Source of the DNA: Leucoraja erinacea
Taxonomy: Eukaryota
DNA length: 64,000 nt
Direction of reading: 5' to 3'
Assembly: GCF_028641065.1 (NCBI RefSeq)
Contig: NC_073387.1
Coordinates: forward strand, 26,164,001 to 26,228,000
Of the stretch, positions 24,201-37,729 are shown in pieces. The notes under the pieces were generated by a model. It had not been told where the DNA came from, ran no database searches, and saw only the letters and a program-made list of their open reading frames with translations. A program made the position numbers and the translations under genes. Positions within the stretch are counted from its first letter, which is position 1; each line of letters opens with the position of its first letter.

Positions 24201-27200
24201 AATGATGCATCTTTGCCTGAAGATGGAGCCATCACCAATTCAATACTGAACAAAAGAAAGCACCAGTGATGACGAGAAGGAAAACACCCAGCCAGGACCA
24301 AACAGGAGTTCATGAGCATCATAACTGACACTGCTTGTTGGTTGGAAACACAAGCGAGGATGTTGAAGAGAGCAGGGTGGAGCCGTCCAAAAGAGGATTC
24401 GGCAGCTGAAGACGAGCCCGTGGTGGGTGCCGGACTTTGGATGAAGACTGGCCCCATGGTGGGCACCAGAGGAGTGACGGGCACACGGTGGGTGCTGGAG
24501 GTTGGACAAAGATGGGCCCTCGGTGGGTGCTGGAGAGAAGAGAAGAAGAGGAGCAAGAGGCAAAGTGTTATGACAAGTAACCTACTACACCCAAGCAATA
24601 CGGTTAAGGAGCGAGGAAGAGAGACGGTGCAGTCCAAGTGAGGACTTGGCAGTTGAAGATGGGCCCACGATGGGTTCCGGAGGTTGGATGAAGATGGGCC
24701 CTTGGTGGGTGCCGGAGGTCAGGGAAAAGACGAAGAGGAGCAAGTGCCAATGGTAGTTACGACAAATGCAAAACGCGACACCTTAAAGCCATTGGATCGC
24801 CGGTAAGGAAGCCTATCCTTGTCATAGGACAGAACCAACACCCAAGTCAACACTGGAGGAAGGAACATGCAATGGAGGAACAGGAGCATCAGAACCCTAC
24901 CACGGATTGTCACTGGGAAAACCAAGGCATCACAACTGACCAAAGGTCTGATGGGCCCCGTGGTGGGTGCCGGAGGGAAGAAGAAGAGCAAGTGGCGAAG
25001 ATAATTATGACAAAAAGACCCCACCTTCGTCACCCAAGCTAGACGGTTAAAGAGAGGGAGCTGGGCCCTCGAGGAGCAAGGAAGAAGGAAGGAGCTGTCC
25101 AAGAGAGGACTCGGCTTCAGGAGGTTGGATGAAGACAGGCCCTCGGTGGGTGTTGGAGAGAAGACGAAGAGGAGCTACTGTCAATTGGGAACCAAGCTGG
25201 ACTCCTCTTTGCAATGTCATTGGATTCACCATCAGGTCAAAGCCTGAAGAAAGATGGTCAGAGCCTGACCAGCTCTGGGAGGACTCTGCTAACAAGGCAG
25301 AATCTCCAGGAATGAGGCATCTTTTTCCCTGAAGTTGGAGCCATTACCAATTCAACACCGAAGAAGTGAAAGCACCAGTGATGACAAGGAGGAAAAGATC
25401 CAGCAGAAACAAACTGGAGATCATGAGCATCATAACTGCAACTGGTTGTTGGTGGGAAACACAATGTTTTTGGTATTTTGCCACAATACAAAGTGAAGAA
25501 TAGGCTGAGCCTGCTTGATCATTCATCAATAGATAATTGTAGATTATGACCATGATAACTTGCAGGCTTGTTCTTGTGTGGTGTGAACATAACATGTTGT
25601 ATTGGTTAATCCATATTATGATTGTGGATGGATACAATATCTCTCCAATAGCAATAATCTGTTTCTTTACCATAGCTCTAATGATAAATCTGGCAGAAGG
25701 TTTTTAGAAGTTTATAATAGTTTGTCTGAGGAACCAGTGATGTGGAACCTAACGGATCCCCTGAAGAAAGTTTTTCTAAACTGCCCCTGCTTTCAACCCA
25801 ATAACCTCTCCTCGATGCAGCATTTGCAAGAAAACAGACACTTGAGTGTAAACTACAACATTACAGGATGTCCAAATTACCAGGTGATGGAATTGAAGCC
25901 CCAGCTAACACCCCTTGCAACGCCAACTCAAGCCACCTCGGGTTGCCAGAAGAAATGTGCAGAAAGCCACACCTGAAAGCCCAGGATTCTGGGAATTAAG
26001 CCTCTACTTGCCAGAGGACACCAAGTCAACACGGATCAAAAGTAGGAGGAAAAGGCCCAGTCATAAACATACAGGAGGGCAGGAGCAATAGAACCCTGAC
26101 ACTTCTCTTCTACAAGGCGGCCACGCTGAGAGTCACTGTCTTGTCTGAGGCGATCCAGTGCATCTGTTGCCCTTCTCGCCCAGTTCAACATAAGTTATGT
26201 ACAAAGCTACCGAAAAGAACTTAATATTTTATTCCTGACAAACAGGGTATTTTAAGAGCCTCTGAAAAGAGATGTAATATTTCACTCTCATTGTCTGTCA
26301 TGTGGATGTCCTGTTTCTCTATTTGTAGTGCTTAGTTGAGAATCATGCACGTCGTTCAGACCAGTATTTGAATTGTGGATCATGCCATAATTTAGTAGTA
26401 ATGGTATTGTGACAATGTATGGTGCTGGAATAGGCATTTGAACCTTCATCAACAGGTGGCAAAAAATGGTAATGATAAAAGGATGATGACCGTAAGACCA
26501 CAATAATCTTGGAGTTTGGGTCTTGTTTGATACGAACATAACTTGGCTGTTGTCGTGACTGATCATGATCCAGGTAGGTGATGGATACAGATTGGCAGTG
26601 TCTTTCCAATTGCTGTAATCTGCTTCTGTGTAGTGTCATTGGATTCATCATCAGGGCAAAGCCAGAAGAAAGATGTCAACTCGACTGACCAGCTCTGGGA
26701 GGACTCTGCTAGCAAGGCAGAATCTCCAGAAATGGTGCATCTATTTCCCTAAAGATGGAGCCATCACCAATTCAACACTGAAGAAAAGAAAGCACCAGTG
26801 ATGACGAGAAGGAAATGATCCAGCCAGGACCAAACAGGAGTTCATGAGCAACATAACTGACATGCTTGTTGGTGGGAAACACAATCGAGGATGTTGAAGA
26901 GAGCAAGGTGTGCCATCCAAGAGAAGATTCAGCAGCTGAAGACGTGCCTGCGGTGGGTGCAGGAGAGAAGATGAAGAGGAATAAGAGGCAAAGAGTTACG
27001 ACAAATGACCTACTTTTGGCACCCAAGCAAGACAGTTAAAGAGAGAGTTGGGCCCTTAAGGAGCGAGGAATATGGACGGAGCTGTCCAAGTGAGGTCTCG
27101 GCAGCTGAAGATGGGCCCACGGTGGCTTCCGGAGGTTGGACGAAGACTGACCCTCGGTGGGTGCCGGAAGATGGAGAGAAGACTAAGAGGAGCAAGTGCC

Positions 27201-30200
27201 AATGGTAGTTACGACAAATGCAGAATGCAACACTTGAAAACCAAGGGATCTCTGGTAATGAAGCCTATCCTTGTCAGCGGACAGAACCCACACCCAAATC
27301 AACACTGGACAAAATGAGGAAGGAACATACCTGAGAGGAACAGGAGCATCATGACCGTACTATGAAATGTCTCTGGGAAAACCAAGGCATCACAACTGAC
27401 CTGAAGTAGCTGGAGCTAACGGCGATTGAGAACCATGCAGGTATCTTGGCAGTGTCATTGGATTCACCATCAGAGCAAAGCCAGAAGAAATATGTCAAAT
27501 AGCCTGACCAGCTCTGGAAGGACTCTGCTAGCAAGGCAGAATCTCCAGGAATGATGCATCTTTGGCTGAAGATGGAGCCATCACCAATTCAACACTGAAT
27601 AACATAAAGCACCAAGACGAGAAGGAAAAGAACCAGCCAGGACCAAACAGGAGTTCATGAGCATCATATCTGACACTGCTTGTTGGTGGGGAAACACAAG
27701 CGAGGATGTTAAAGGGAGCAAGGTGTGCCGTCCAAGAGAGGATCGGCAGCTGAAGACAGGCCTGCGGTGGGTTCCGGAGGTTGGACGAAGACTGGTTTCG
27801 GTGGGTGCCGGAGGTTGGGGAGAAGACGAAGAGGAACAAGTGCCAATGGTAGTAACGTCAAATGCAGAAAGCAACACCTGAAAGCCAAGGGATCTCTGGT
27901 AATGAAGCCTATCCTTGTCACAGAACCCATACTCAAGTCAACGTTGGATAAAGTGAGGAAGGAACATATAGGGGAGGAACAGGAGCTTCAGAACCCGACT
28001 ACAGATTGTCACTGGGAAAACCAAGGCATCACAATTCACCAGAAGTAGCTGGAGCTAACGACGATTGAGAACCAAGCAGGTATCTTTGCAGTTTCATTGG
28101 ATTCACCATCAGAAGATGGAGCCATCACCAATTCAACACTGAATAAAGGAAAGCACCAGTGATGACGAGAAGGAAAACACCCAGCCAGGACCAAACAGGA
28201 GTTCATGAGCATCATAACTGACACTGCTTGTTGGTTGGAAACACAAGCCAGGATGTTGAAGAGAGCAAGGTGTGCCATCCAAGGGAAGATTCAGCAGTTG
28301 AAGACGGGCCTGCGTTGGGTGTCAGAGAGAAGATGAAGTGGAACAAAAGGCAAAGAGTTACGCCAAATGACCTACTTTCGTCACCTAAGCAAGACGGTTA
28401 AAGAGTTGGGCCCTCAAGGAGCGAGGAAGATGGACGGAGCTGGGCCCTCTTTGGACGAAGATGGACCCTCGGTGGGTGCTGGAGGTCAGAGAGAAGATGA
28501 AGAGGAGCAAGTGCCAATGGTAGTAACGACAAATGCAGCACGTGACACCTGAAAGCCAAGGGATCTCTGGTAATGAAGTTTACCTTTGTCACAGTACAGA
28601 ACCCACATTGGATAAAATGAGGAAGGAACATACATGGGAGGAACAAGAGCATCAGAACCCTACTACGGATTGTCACTAGGAAAACCAAGACATTGCAATT
28701 CACCAGAAGTACCTGGAGATAACGATGATTGAGAACCGGTCTCCTCTTTGCAGCGTCATTGGATTCATCATCAGGGCAAAGCTGGAAGAAAGATGTGAAC
28801 TCGACTGACCAGCTCTGGGAGGACTCTGCTAGCAAGGCAGAATGTCCAGGAATGGTGCATCTATTTCCCTAAAGATGGAGCCATCACCAATTCAACACTG
28901 AAGAAAAGAAAACACCAGTGATGACGAGAAGGAAAGGATCCAGCCAGGACCAAACAGGAGTTCATGAGCAACATAACTGACACTGCTTGTTGGTGGGAAA
29001 CACAATCGAGGATGTTGAAGAGAGCAAGGTGTGCCATCCAAAGAGAAGATTCAGCAGCTGAAGACGTGCCTGCAGTGGGTGCCGGAGAGACGATGAAGAG
29101 GAACAATAGGCAAAGAGTTACGACAAATGACCTACTTTTGGCACCCAAGCAAGACAGTTAAAGAGCGAGTTGGGCCCTCAAGGAGCGAGGAATATGGACG
29201 GAGCCGTCCTAGTGAGGTGTCGGCAGCTGAAGATGGGCCCACGGTGGCTTCCTGAGGTTGGACAAAGATGGGCCCTTGGTGGGTGCTGGAGGTCGGAGAG
29301 AAGATGAAGAGGAACAAGTGCCAATGGCAGTTACGACAAATACAGAATGCGACACCTGAAAGCCAAGGGATCTCTGGTAATGAAGCCTATACTTGTCAGC
29401 GGACAGAACCCACACCCAAATCAACACTGGACAAAATGAGGAAGGAACATACAGGAGAGGAACAGGAGCATCATAACCCTACTATAAATTGTCTCTGGGA
29501 AAACCAAGGCATCACAACTGACCTGAAGTAGCTGGAGCTAACGACGATTGAGAACCATGCAGGTATCTTTGCAGTGTCATTGGATTCACCATCAGAGCAA
29601 AGCCACAAGAAATATGTCAAATAACCTGACCAGCTCTGGAAGGACTCTGCTAGCAAGGCAGAGTCTCCAGGAATGATGCATCATTGCCTGAAGATGGAGC
29701 CATCACCAATTCAACACTGAAGAAGTGAAAGCACCAGTGATGACAAGGAGGAAAAGATCAAGCCAGGACCAAACAGATCATGAGCATCATAACTGACACT
29801 GCTCGTATGTGGGAAACACAAGCGAGGATGTTAAAGAGAGCAAGGTGTGCTGTCGAAGAGAAGACTCGGCAACTGAAGATGGGCCCTCGGGTGCCGGACG
29901 TTGGACGAAGACGGGCCCACGATGGGTATCCGGAGAGAAGAAGAAGAAGACGAGGAGCAAGTGGTAAAGTGTTATGGCAAATGACCTACTTTCGTCACCC
30001 AAGCAAGATGGTTAAGGAGCCAGTAAGATGGATGGTGCCGTCCAAGTGAGGACTTGGCAGCTGAATACGGGCCCGCGATGGGTTCTGGAATTTGGATGAA
30101 GATGAGCCCTTGGTGGGTGCCGGAGGTCATGGAGAAGATGAAGAGCAGCAAGTGCCAATGGTAGTTACGCCAAATGCAGAAAGCAACACCTGAAAGGCAA

Positions 30201-33200
30201 GGAATCTCTGGAAATGAAGCCTATCACAGAACCCACACTCGTCAACACTGGATAAAACGAGGAAGGATCATATAGGGGAGGAACATGAACTTCAGAACAC
30301 TACTACGGATTGTCACTGGGAAAACCAAGGCATCACAATTCACCAGAAGTAGCTGGAGCTAAAGACAATTGAGAACTGGTTTTCTCTTTGCAGCGTCATT
30401 GGATTCATCATCAGGGTAAAGCCAGAAGAATGATGTCAAATCGACTGACCAGCTCTGGGAGGACTCTGCTAGCAAGGCAGATTCTCCAGAAATGGTGCAT
30501 CTATTTCCCTAAAGACGGAGCCATCAGCAATTCAACACATCACTGGAGGGAAAGCGCCAGTGATGACGAGAAGGAAAAGATCCAGCCAGGACCAAACAGG
30601 AGTTCATGGGCATCATAACTGACACTGCTTGTTGGTTGGATACACAAGTGAGGATGTTAAAGAGAGCAAGGTGTGCCGTCCAAGAGAGGATTCGGCAGCT
30701 GAAGATGGGCCCGCGGTGTGAGCCAGAGGTTGGTCGAAGACGGGCCCTCGGTGGGTGCCGGAGGTCGGAGAGAAGACGAAGAGCAGCAAGTGCCAATGGT
30801 AGTTATGACAAATGCAGAACGTGACACCTGAAAATCAAGAGATCTCTGGTGATGAAGCCAAACCTTGTCACAGGACAGAACCCACACCCAAATCAACACT
30901 GACCAAAATGAGGAAGGAACCTGCAGGAGAGGAAGAGGAGCATCAGAACCCTACTATGGATTGTCTCTGGGGAAAACCCAAGTCATCACAACTGACCAGA
31001 AGTAGCTGGAGATAACGACGATTGAGAACCGATCTCTTTGCAGTGTCTTTGGATTCACCATCAGGGCAAAGCCAGAAGAAATATGTCAAATAGCCTGTCA
31101 AGCTATGGGAGAACTCTGCTAGCAAGGCAGAATCTCCAGGAATTATGCATCTTTGCCTGAAGATGGAGCCATCACCAATTCAACACTGAACAAAAGAAGC
31201 ACCAGTGATGGCGAGAAGGAAAGGATCCAGCCAGGACCAAACAGTAGTTCATGAGCATCATAACTGACTCTGCTTGTTGGTGGGAAACACAAGCGAGGAT
31301 GTTGAAGAGAGCAAAGTGAGCCATCCAAGATAAGATTCAGCAGCTGAAGACGAGCCTGCAGTGGGTTCCGGAGAGAAGATGAAGAGGAACAAGAGGCAAA
31401 GAGTTACGACAAGTGACCTACTTTCGGTACCCAAGCAAGACGGTTAAAGAGAGAGTTGGGCCCTCAAGGAGCGAGGAATATGGACGGAGCCGTCCAAGTG
31501 AGATCTCGGCAGTTGAAGATGGGCCCACGGTGGGTTCCAGAGGTTGGACAAAGACGGGCCCTCAGTTTGTGCCGGAGGTCGGAGAGAAGACGAAGAGGAG
31601 CAAGTGCCAATGGTAGTTACGACAAATGCAAAACGCGACACATAAAAGCCAATGGATCGCTGGCAAGGAAGCCTATCCTTGTCAGCGGACAGAACCAACA
31701 CCCAAGTCAACACTGGAGGAAGGAACATGCAATGGAGGAACAGGAGCATCAGAACCCTACCACGGATTGTCACTGGGAAAACCAAGGCATCACAACTGAC
31801 CAAAGGTCTGATGGGCCCCGTGGTGGGTGCCGGAGGGAAGAAGAAGAGCAAGTGGCGAAGATAATTATGACAAATGACCCCACCTTCGTCACCCAAGCTA
31901 GACGGTTAAAGAGGGGGAGCTGGGCCCTCGAGGAGCAAGGAAGAAGGACGGAGCTGTCCAAGAGAGGACTCGGCAGCTTCGGGAGGTTGGACGAAGACAG
32001 GCCCTCGGTGGGTGTTGGAGAGAAGATGAAGAGGAGCTACCGTCAATTGGGAACCAAACTGGACTCCTCTTTGCAGTTTCATTGGATTCACCATCAGGTC
32101 AAAGCCAGAAGAAAGATGGTCAGAGCCTGACCAGCTCTGGGAGGACTCGGCTAGCAAGGCAGAATCTCCAGGAATGAGGCATCTTTTTCCCTGAAGATGG
32201 AGCCATTACCAATTCAACCCGGAAGAAGTCAAAGCACCAGTGATGACAAGGAGGAAAAGATCCAGCCACGACCAAACGGGAGATCATGAGCATCATAACT
32301 GCCGCTGGTTGTTGGTGGGAAGCACATGTGAGGATGTTAAAGAGTGTGTGTCGTCCAAGAGGATATGGCAACTGAAGACAGGCCCGCGGTGGGCGCCGGA
32401 GGTTGGATGAAGACGGACCCTCGGTGGCTGCCAGAGAGAAGACGAAGAGGAGCAAGTGCCAATGGTAGTTACAACAAATGCAGAACGCGATACGTGAAAG
32501 CCAAGGGATCTCTGGTAATGAAGCCTATCTTTGTGACAGGACAGAACCAACACCCAAGTCAACACTGGACAAAATGAAGAAGGAACATGCAGGGGAGGAT
32601 CAGGAGCATCAGAACCCTACCACAAATTGTCTCTGGGTAAACCACGGCATCACAACTGACCCAAAGTAGCTGGAGCTACCGATTATTGAGAACTAAGCTG
32701 GTCTCTTTGCAGTGTCATTGGCAAAGCCAGAAGAAAGATGTCAAATAGCCTGACCAGCTCTGGAACGACTCTGCTAGCAAGGCAGAATCTCCAGGAATGT
32801 TGCATGTTTTTGACTGAAGATGGAGTCTTCACCAATTCAACACTGATCAAAAGAAAACACATGGTAAGCAATAACAAATAAAGAAAAATAATTTAGTTAG
32901 TATCTTGGCATATATTGGAGTTAATATTCATTACAGCAATCTGATGGATATCTTGTCTCAAACATTATGTTGCTACTAGTTATAGGGAAGTAGACCATGA
33001 TAATACAAATAAACAATCTTTGTGTGGCAGTCTGTTGTGGTTTAGAAATAATGTTTTGCTGGTGCAATGTGGTTCAAGAACTTAATGGGAAGATGCTGTT
33101 CTTGAACCTTGAAAGACCAGTTCTTGGGCTGCTGAGATTCTTTTGAGGCACCAAAAGTGCTGCAATTTGCATTTATTTAGTCTGGATGTCTTATTACTTT

Positions 33201-35410
33201 ATTTGCTTACATATGTAGCCTTCAAGTGGAGTTCAGACCAGCATTTCACCTTCAGGCTGGTTAGAATGTTTTTGGTATTTTGCCACAATACAAAGTGAGG
33301 AATAGGCTGAGCCTGCTTGATCATTCATCAATAGATAATCGTAGATTATGACCATGATAACTTGCAGGCTTGTTCTTGTGTGATGTGAACATAACATGTT
33401 GTATTGGTTAATCCATATTATGATTGTGGATGGATACAATATCTCTCCAATAGCTATAATCTGTTTCTTTACCATAGCTCTAATGATAAATCTGGCAGAA
33501 GGTTTTTAGAAGTTTATAATAGTTTGTCTGAGGAACCAGTGACGTGGAACGTAACAGATCCCCTGAAGAAACTTTTTCTAAACAGCCCCTGTTTTCAACC
33601 CAATAACCTCTCCTCGATGCAGCACTTGCAAGAAAACAGTCGCTCGAGTGTTATTATTACAGGATGTCCAAATTACCAGGTGATGGAAGTGAAGCCCTAC
33701 TTCACACACCTTGCAATACCAAATCAAGCCACCTCGGGTTGCCAGAAGGAATGTGCAGAAAGCCACACCTGAAAGCCCAGGAGTCTGGGAATGAAGCCTC
33801 TACTTGCCAGAGGACACCAAGTCAACACGGATCAAAATTAGGAGGAAAAGGCCCAGCCATGAACATACAGGAGGGCAGGAGCAATAGAACCCTGACACTT
33901 CTCTTCTACAAGGTGTCCATGCTGAGAGTCACTGTCTTGTCTGAGGAGATCCGGTGCATCTGTAACCCTCTCTCGCCCAGTCCAACGTAAGGTGTGTACA
34001 AAGCTACCGAAAAGAGCTTAATATTTTATTCCTGACAAACAGGGTATTTTAAGAGCCTCTGAGAAGAGATGTAATATTTCACTCCCATAGTCTGTCATGT
34101 GGATGTCCTGTTTCTCTATTTGTAGTGCTTAGTTGAGAATCATGCACGGCGTTCAGACCAGTATTTGAATTGTGGATCATGCCATTATTTATTAGTAATG
34201 GTATTGTGACAATGTACGGTGCTGGAATAGGCATTTGAACCTTTGTCAATAGGTGGCAAAAAATGTTAATGATAAAAGGATGATGACCTTAAGACTACAA
34301 TAATCTTGGAGTTTGGTTCTTGTTTGATACGAACATAACTTGGCTGTTGTCGTGACTGATCATGCTACAGGTAAGGGATGGATGCAGATTGGCAGTGTCT
34401 TTCCAATTGCTGTAATCCGCTTCTTTGTAGTGTCATTGGATTCATCATCAGGGAAAGCCAGAAGAAAGATGTCAACTCGACTGACCAGCTCTGGGAGGAC
34501 TCTGCTAGCAAGGCAGAATCTCCAGGAATGGTGCATCTATTTCCCTAAAGATGGAGCCATCACCAATTCAACACTGAACAAAAAAAGCACCAGTGATGAC
34601 GAGAAGGAAAGGATCCAGCCAGGACCAAACAGGAGTTCATGAGCAACATAACTGATACTGCTTGTTGGTGGGAAGCACAATCGAGGATGTTGAAGAGAGC
34701 AAGGTGTGCCGTCCAAGAGAAGATTCAGCAACTGAAGACGTGCCTGCGGTGGGTTCCGGAGAGAAGATGAAGAGGAGCAAGAGGCAAAGTGTTATGACAA
34801 ATAACCTACTTTCGTGACCCAAGCAAGGGTTAAGGAGCGAGGAAGACGGATGGTGCCGTCCAAGTGAGGACTTGGCAGCTGAAGATGGGCCTGCGATGGG
34901 TGCCGGAGGTCAGGGAGAAGATGAAGAGGAGCAAGTGCCAATGGTAGTTACGTCCAATGTAGAAAGTAACACCTGAACGCCAAGGGATCTCTGGTAATGA
35001 AGCCTATCCTTGTCACAGAACCCACACCCAAATCAACACTGCACAAAATGAGGAAGGAACATGCAGGAGAGGAACTGGAGCATCAGAACCCTACCATGCA
35101 ATGTCTCTGGGAAAACCAAGGCATCACAATTGACCAGAAGTAGCTGGAGTTAACGACGATTGAGAACCAAGCTTGTCCTCTTTGCAGTGTCATTAGATTC
35201 ACCATTAGGGCAAAGCCAGAAGAAAGATGTCAAATAGCCTGACCAGCTATGTAAGAACTCTGCTAGCAAGGCAGAATCTCCAGGAATGATGCATCTTTGC
35301 CTGAAGATGGAGCCATCACCAATTCAACACTGAACAAATGAAAGCACCAGTGATGACGAGAAGTAAAACACCCAGCCAGGACCAAACAGGAGTTCATGAG
35401 CATCATAACC
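21300..35410. repeat. Complex tandem array, about 17 units of ~620-830 bp with higher-order repeats
   Basis: Landmark ctctgctagcaaggcaga, or a close variant, recurs near 21681, 22328, 23553, 24174, 25284, 26704, 27523, 28824, 29645, 30464, 31114, 32146, 32770, 34500 and 35258. Two further units (22845, 28115) carry the same internal deletion. Confidence 0.95.
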
Positions 35411-36564
35411 GACAATGGCTGGGCTAGTAAATCTGGCAGAACAATAGGTTTGTAATAGTTTGAAAAACTAGAGTGATTGGGACCCATTTAGAAAGTCCTC
35501 TAAATTGCCACTGACTTGAAGCCTCTAACGTTTACCAGTTCCAGCACTTGCAAGATAACACATCCTTATGTTAATTTCAATTTATCACATGGAAATGCCT
35601 TGAAGCAAGATGTCAAATGGACAGACATGCTGTGCTGGGAGAACTCTGCTAGCAAGACAGAAAATCTTTGGTAATGAAGCTTCTACTTGCCAGAGGCTGG
35701 ATCTCCCACCAAGTCAACACTGGTCAAGGGAAAGGAAAAGGGATGACAAGGAGGACGGCAGGGCCCAGCCACGAACGTGGACGGGAGCAAAAGAAGCATC
35801 ACCCTGACACCGCTTGTCGTCGGGAAAGCCAAGGCGTCAGAACAGGCCATAAAGTTGCTGGAAATAATGTCAGTGGAGAACCAGCCCGATCTCTGCTGTG
35901 CAATACCATTGGATGCACCACAAGGGAATGGCCAGAGAGAGGCAAGATGTCAGGTGTCCTGATGGACTCCAGCAGGACTCTGCAAGCAAGACGGAGAAAT
36001 GCTGAGGTTCACAGAAAGAAAAGAAGCATGATGAAGAACAGCAATCATTTATTGATAAAACAATGTGTGTGGGCCACTCATTTGTATGAACTGAATGACC
36101 CTGCGTGGGAGAACCGCTGAGAACTTGGGGGGACCACAAATGGAATGTGTTAAATGGTTTGTGTAAAATGGAATACATGTAACTTTGGCGGCACCATTTA
36201 TGTGGTGACTCTTTGCATACCTTGGGTCTGAAGAATATCAGTGACTTGTCACATGTGACAAAGTATCATTCATTCAAGTATCTGGAAATATTGGCAATAG
36301 AGAGCTAGGGTGGTCTCTGTGCAATAGCATTGGATGCTTTACTCTGCTAGTAAGACAGAATTGCTTGGTATCTGATTTTTCTATTTGTAGTACTTAGTTA
36401 CAAAGCACGGGAGTGTTATATAGATGTGGAGTTGTTCCTCAGACTGGGGAGGACATTAGTAATGCGTTTGTGACAATGTACGGTGCAGCAGCAATATGCC
36501 TTTGAGACTGCTTGATCAAGCATTTAAAGGTGGTAGAAGTTGGTGATGATCATAACTCTTGAAG

Positions 36565-36958
36565 GTAGACATAAAAAGGTGGAGTAACTCAGCGGGTCAG
36601 ACAGCATCTCTGAAGAAAAGGTCCAATGTTTCAGGTCTAACCCTTCTTCAGACTGGAGAGTCGGGAAAGGGAAACAAGAGATATAGATGGTGATGTAGAA
36701 AATCCCATTAACTCATTCTCACCTAACAAACTGCTTTCTTTATAATTATAACTTTTTTGCATGCCTTTCATTAATTTGTTCTGTATCTCCACATCACCGT
36801 CTATATCTCATTTCACATTCCGCTGACTCCAGTCTGAAGAACAGTCTCGACCCTAAACGCCATCTATTCCTTTTCTCCAGAGATGCAGTCTGACACAAAG
36901 TTGCTCCAGCTTTTTGTGCCTATCTTCTATTTAAACCAGCATCTGTAGTTCCTACATG
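36565..36958. mobile_element. Fold-back Penelope-derived element
   Basis: Inverted arms (...cccttcttcagactggag...gagatatagatggtgatgt / acatcaccgtctatatctc...ctccagtctgaagaa...) inserted into a private module. Confidence 0.75.
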
Positions 36959-37257
36959 TAAAGGCTTGTTCTTGTGTGATGCTGTTGTAGCGATGGATCC
37001 ATACATTGTTTTGGGATGGATGGATGCCTCTTCAGTAGCTATAACCTGCATCTTTTAAATGGCTCGGGTGTTAAATTTATCAGGAGTATGAGATGTTTGT
37101 AATGGTTTGACTGAAGAACTGGAGTGATGGAGAAACTGATGGATCCCTTGAAGAAAGTTCAACAAACCTACCCATGGTTTGAAGCCAATAATGTCTCCTA
37201 GCTGTAGCATATGCAGTATAACTGATCCATGTATGTTAACTTAAACATAATATATGT

Positions 37258-37555
37258 CCGTGGTTTGTCACCTTGTCGTGGTGGAGAAGATTGTGTGATC
37301 CTGAGAACGATGTCGTATGGAGCTATGCTCCTGGTAGGGCCACCCATGGCGGTAAGGTCGTGGAGGAGGTCCCTGAGCACCCAGAGTAATCCAACCAAGT
37401 CCTTAAAAGTGGAACGGGCGGAGGATGATGGCTGACTTTAGTGGAGCGTCACAGCGGCTGGGAAGGCGGATGAAGGCTGCAGCAGAAAAGGGTCCCCAGT
37501 CGTCTCGGACTCCATGCTCCTGAATCCTGACTCAGATCTGTCAAGGACCGATGCA
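37258..37555 (+). mobile_element. RTE-clade (Rex3/Expander-like) LINE 5' region
   Basis: ccttgtcgtggtggag...gagctatgctcctggtagggccacccatggc resembles RTE 5'UTRs (recalled similarity, not searched). Confidence 0.55.
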
Positions 37556-37729
37556 TAAGTCTCCCTACGTCCCTCTGCAGTGTTGCAAAGAAATCCTGCA
37601 AAAAAAAAGTAAACCAAATGACATTGTCGTCATATTTCTCAAACATCGCGAGGTAATCTGACATTTGGTAGCAACAAACCTGCTGTCGACATCTGCTATC
37701 TCCAGATCTCAGCCAACTGCTGCCTGAAC

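Noticed and set aside
21300-35410. Array as a repetitive protein-coding gene
   Set aside because: Every unit has stops and indels in all frames; the many short ORFs are not consistently maintained.
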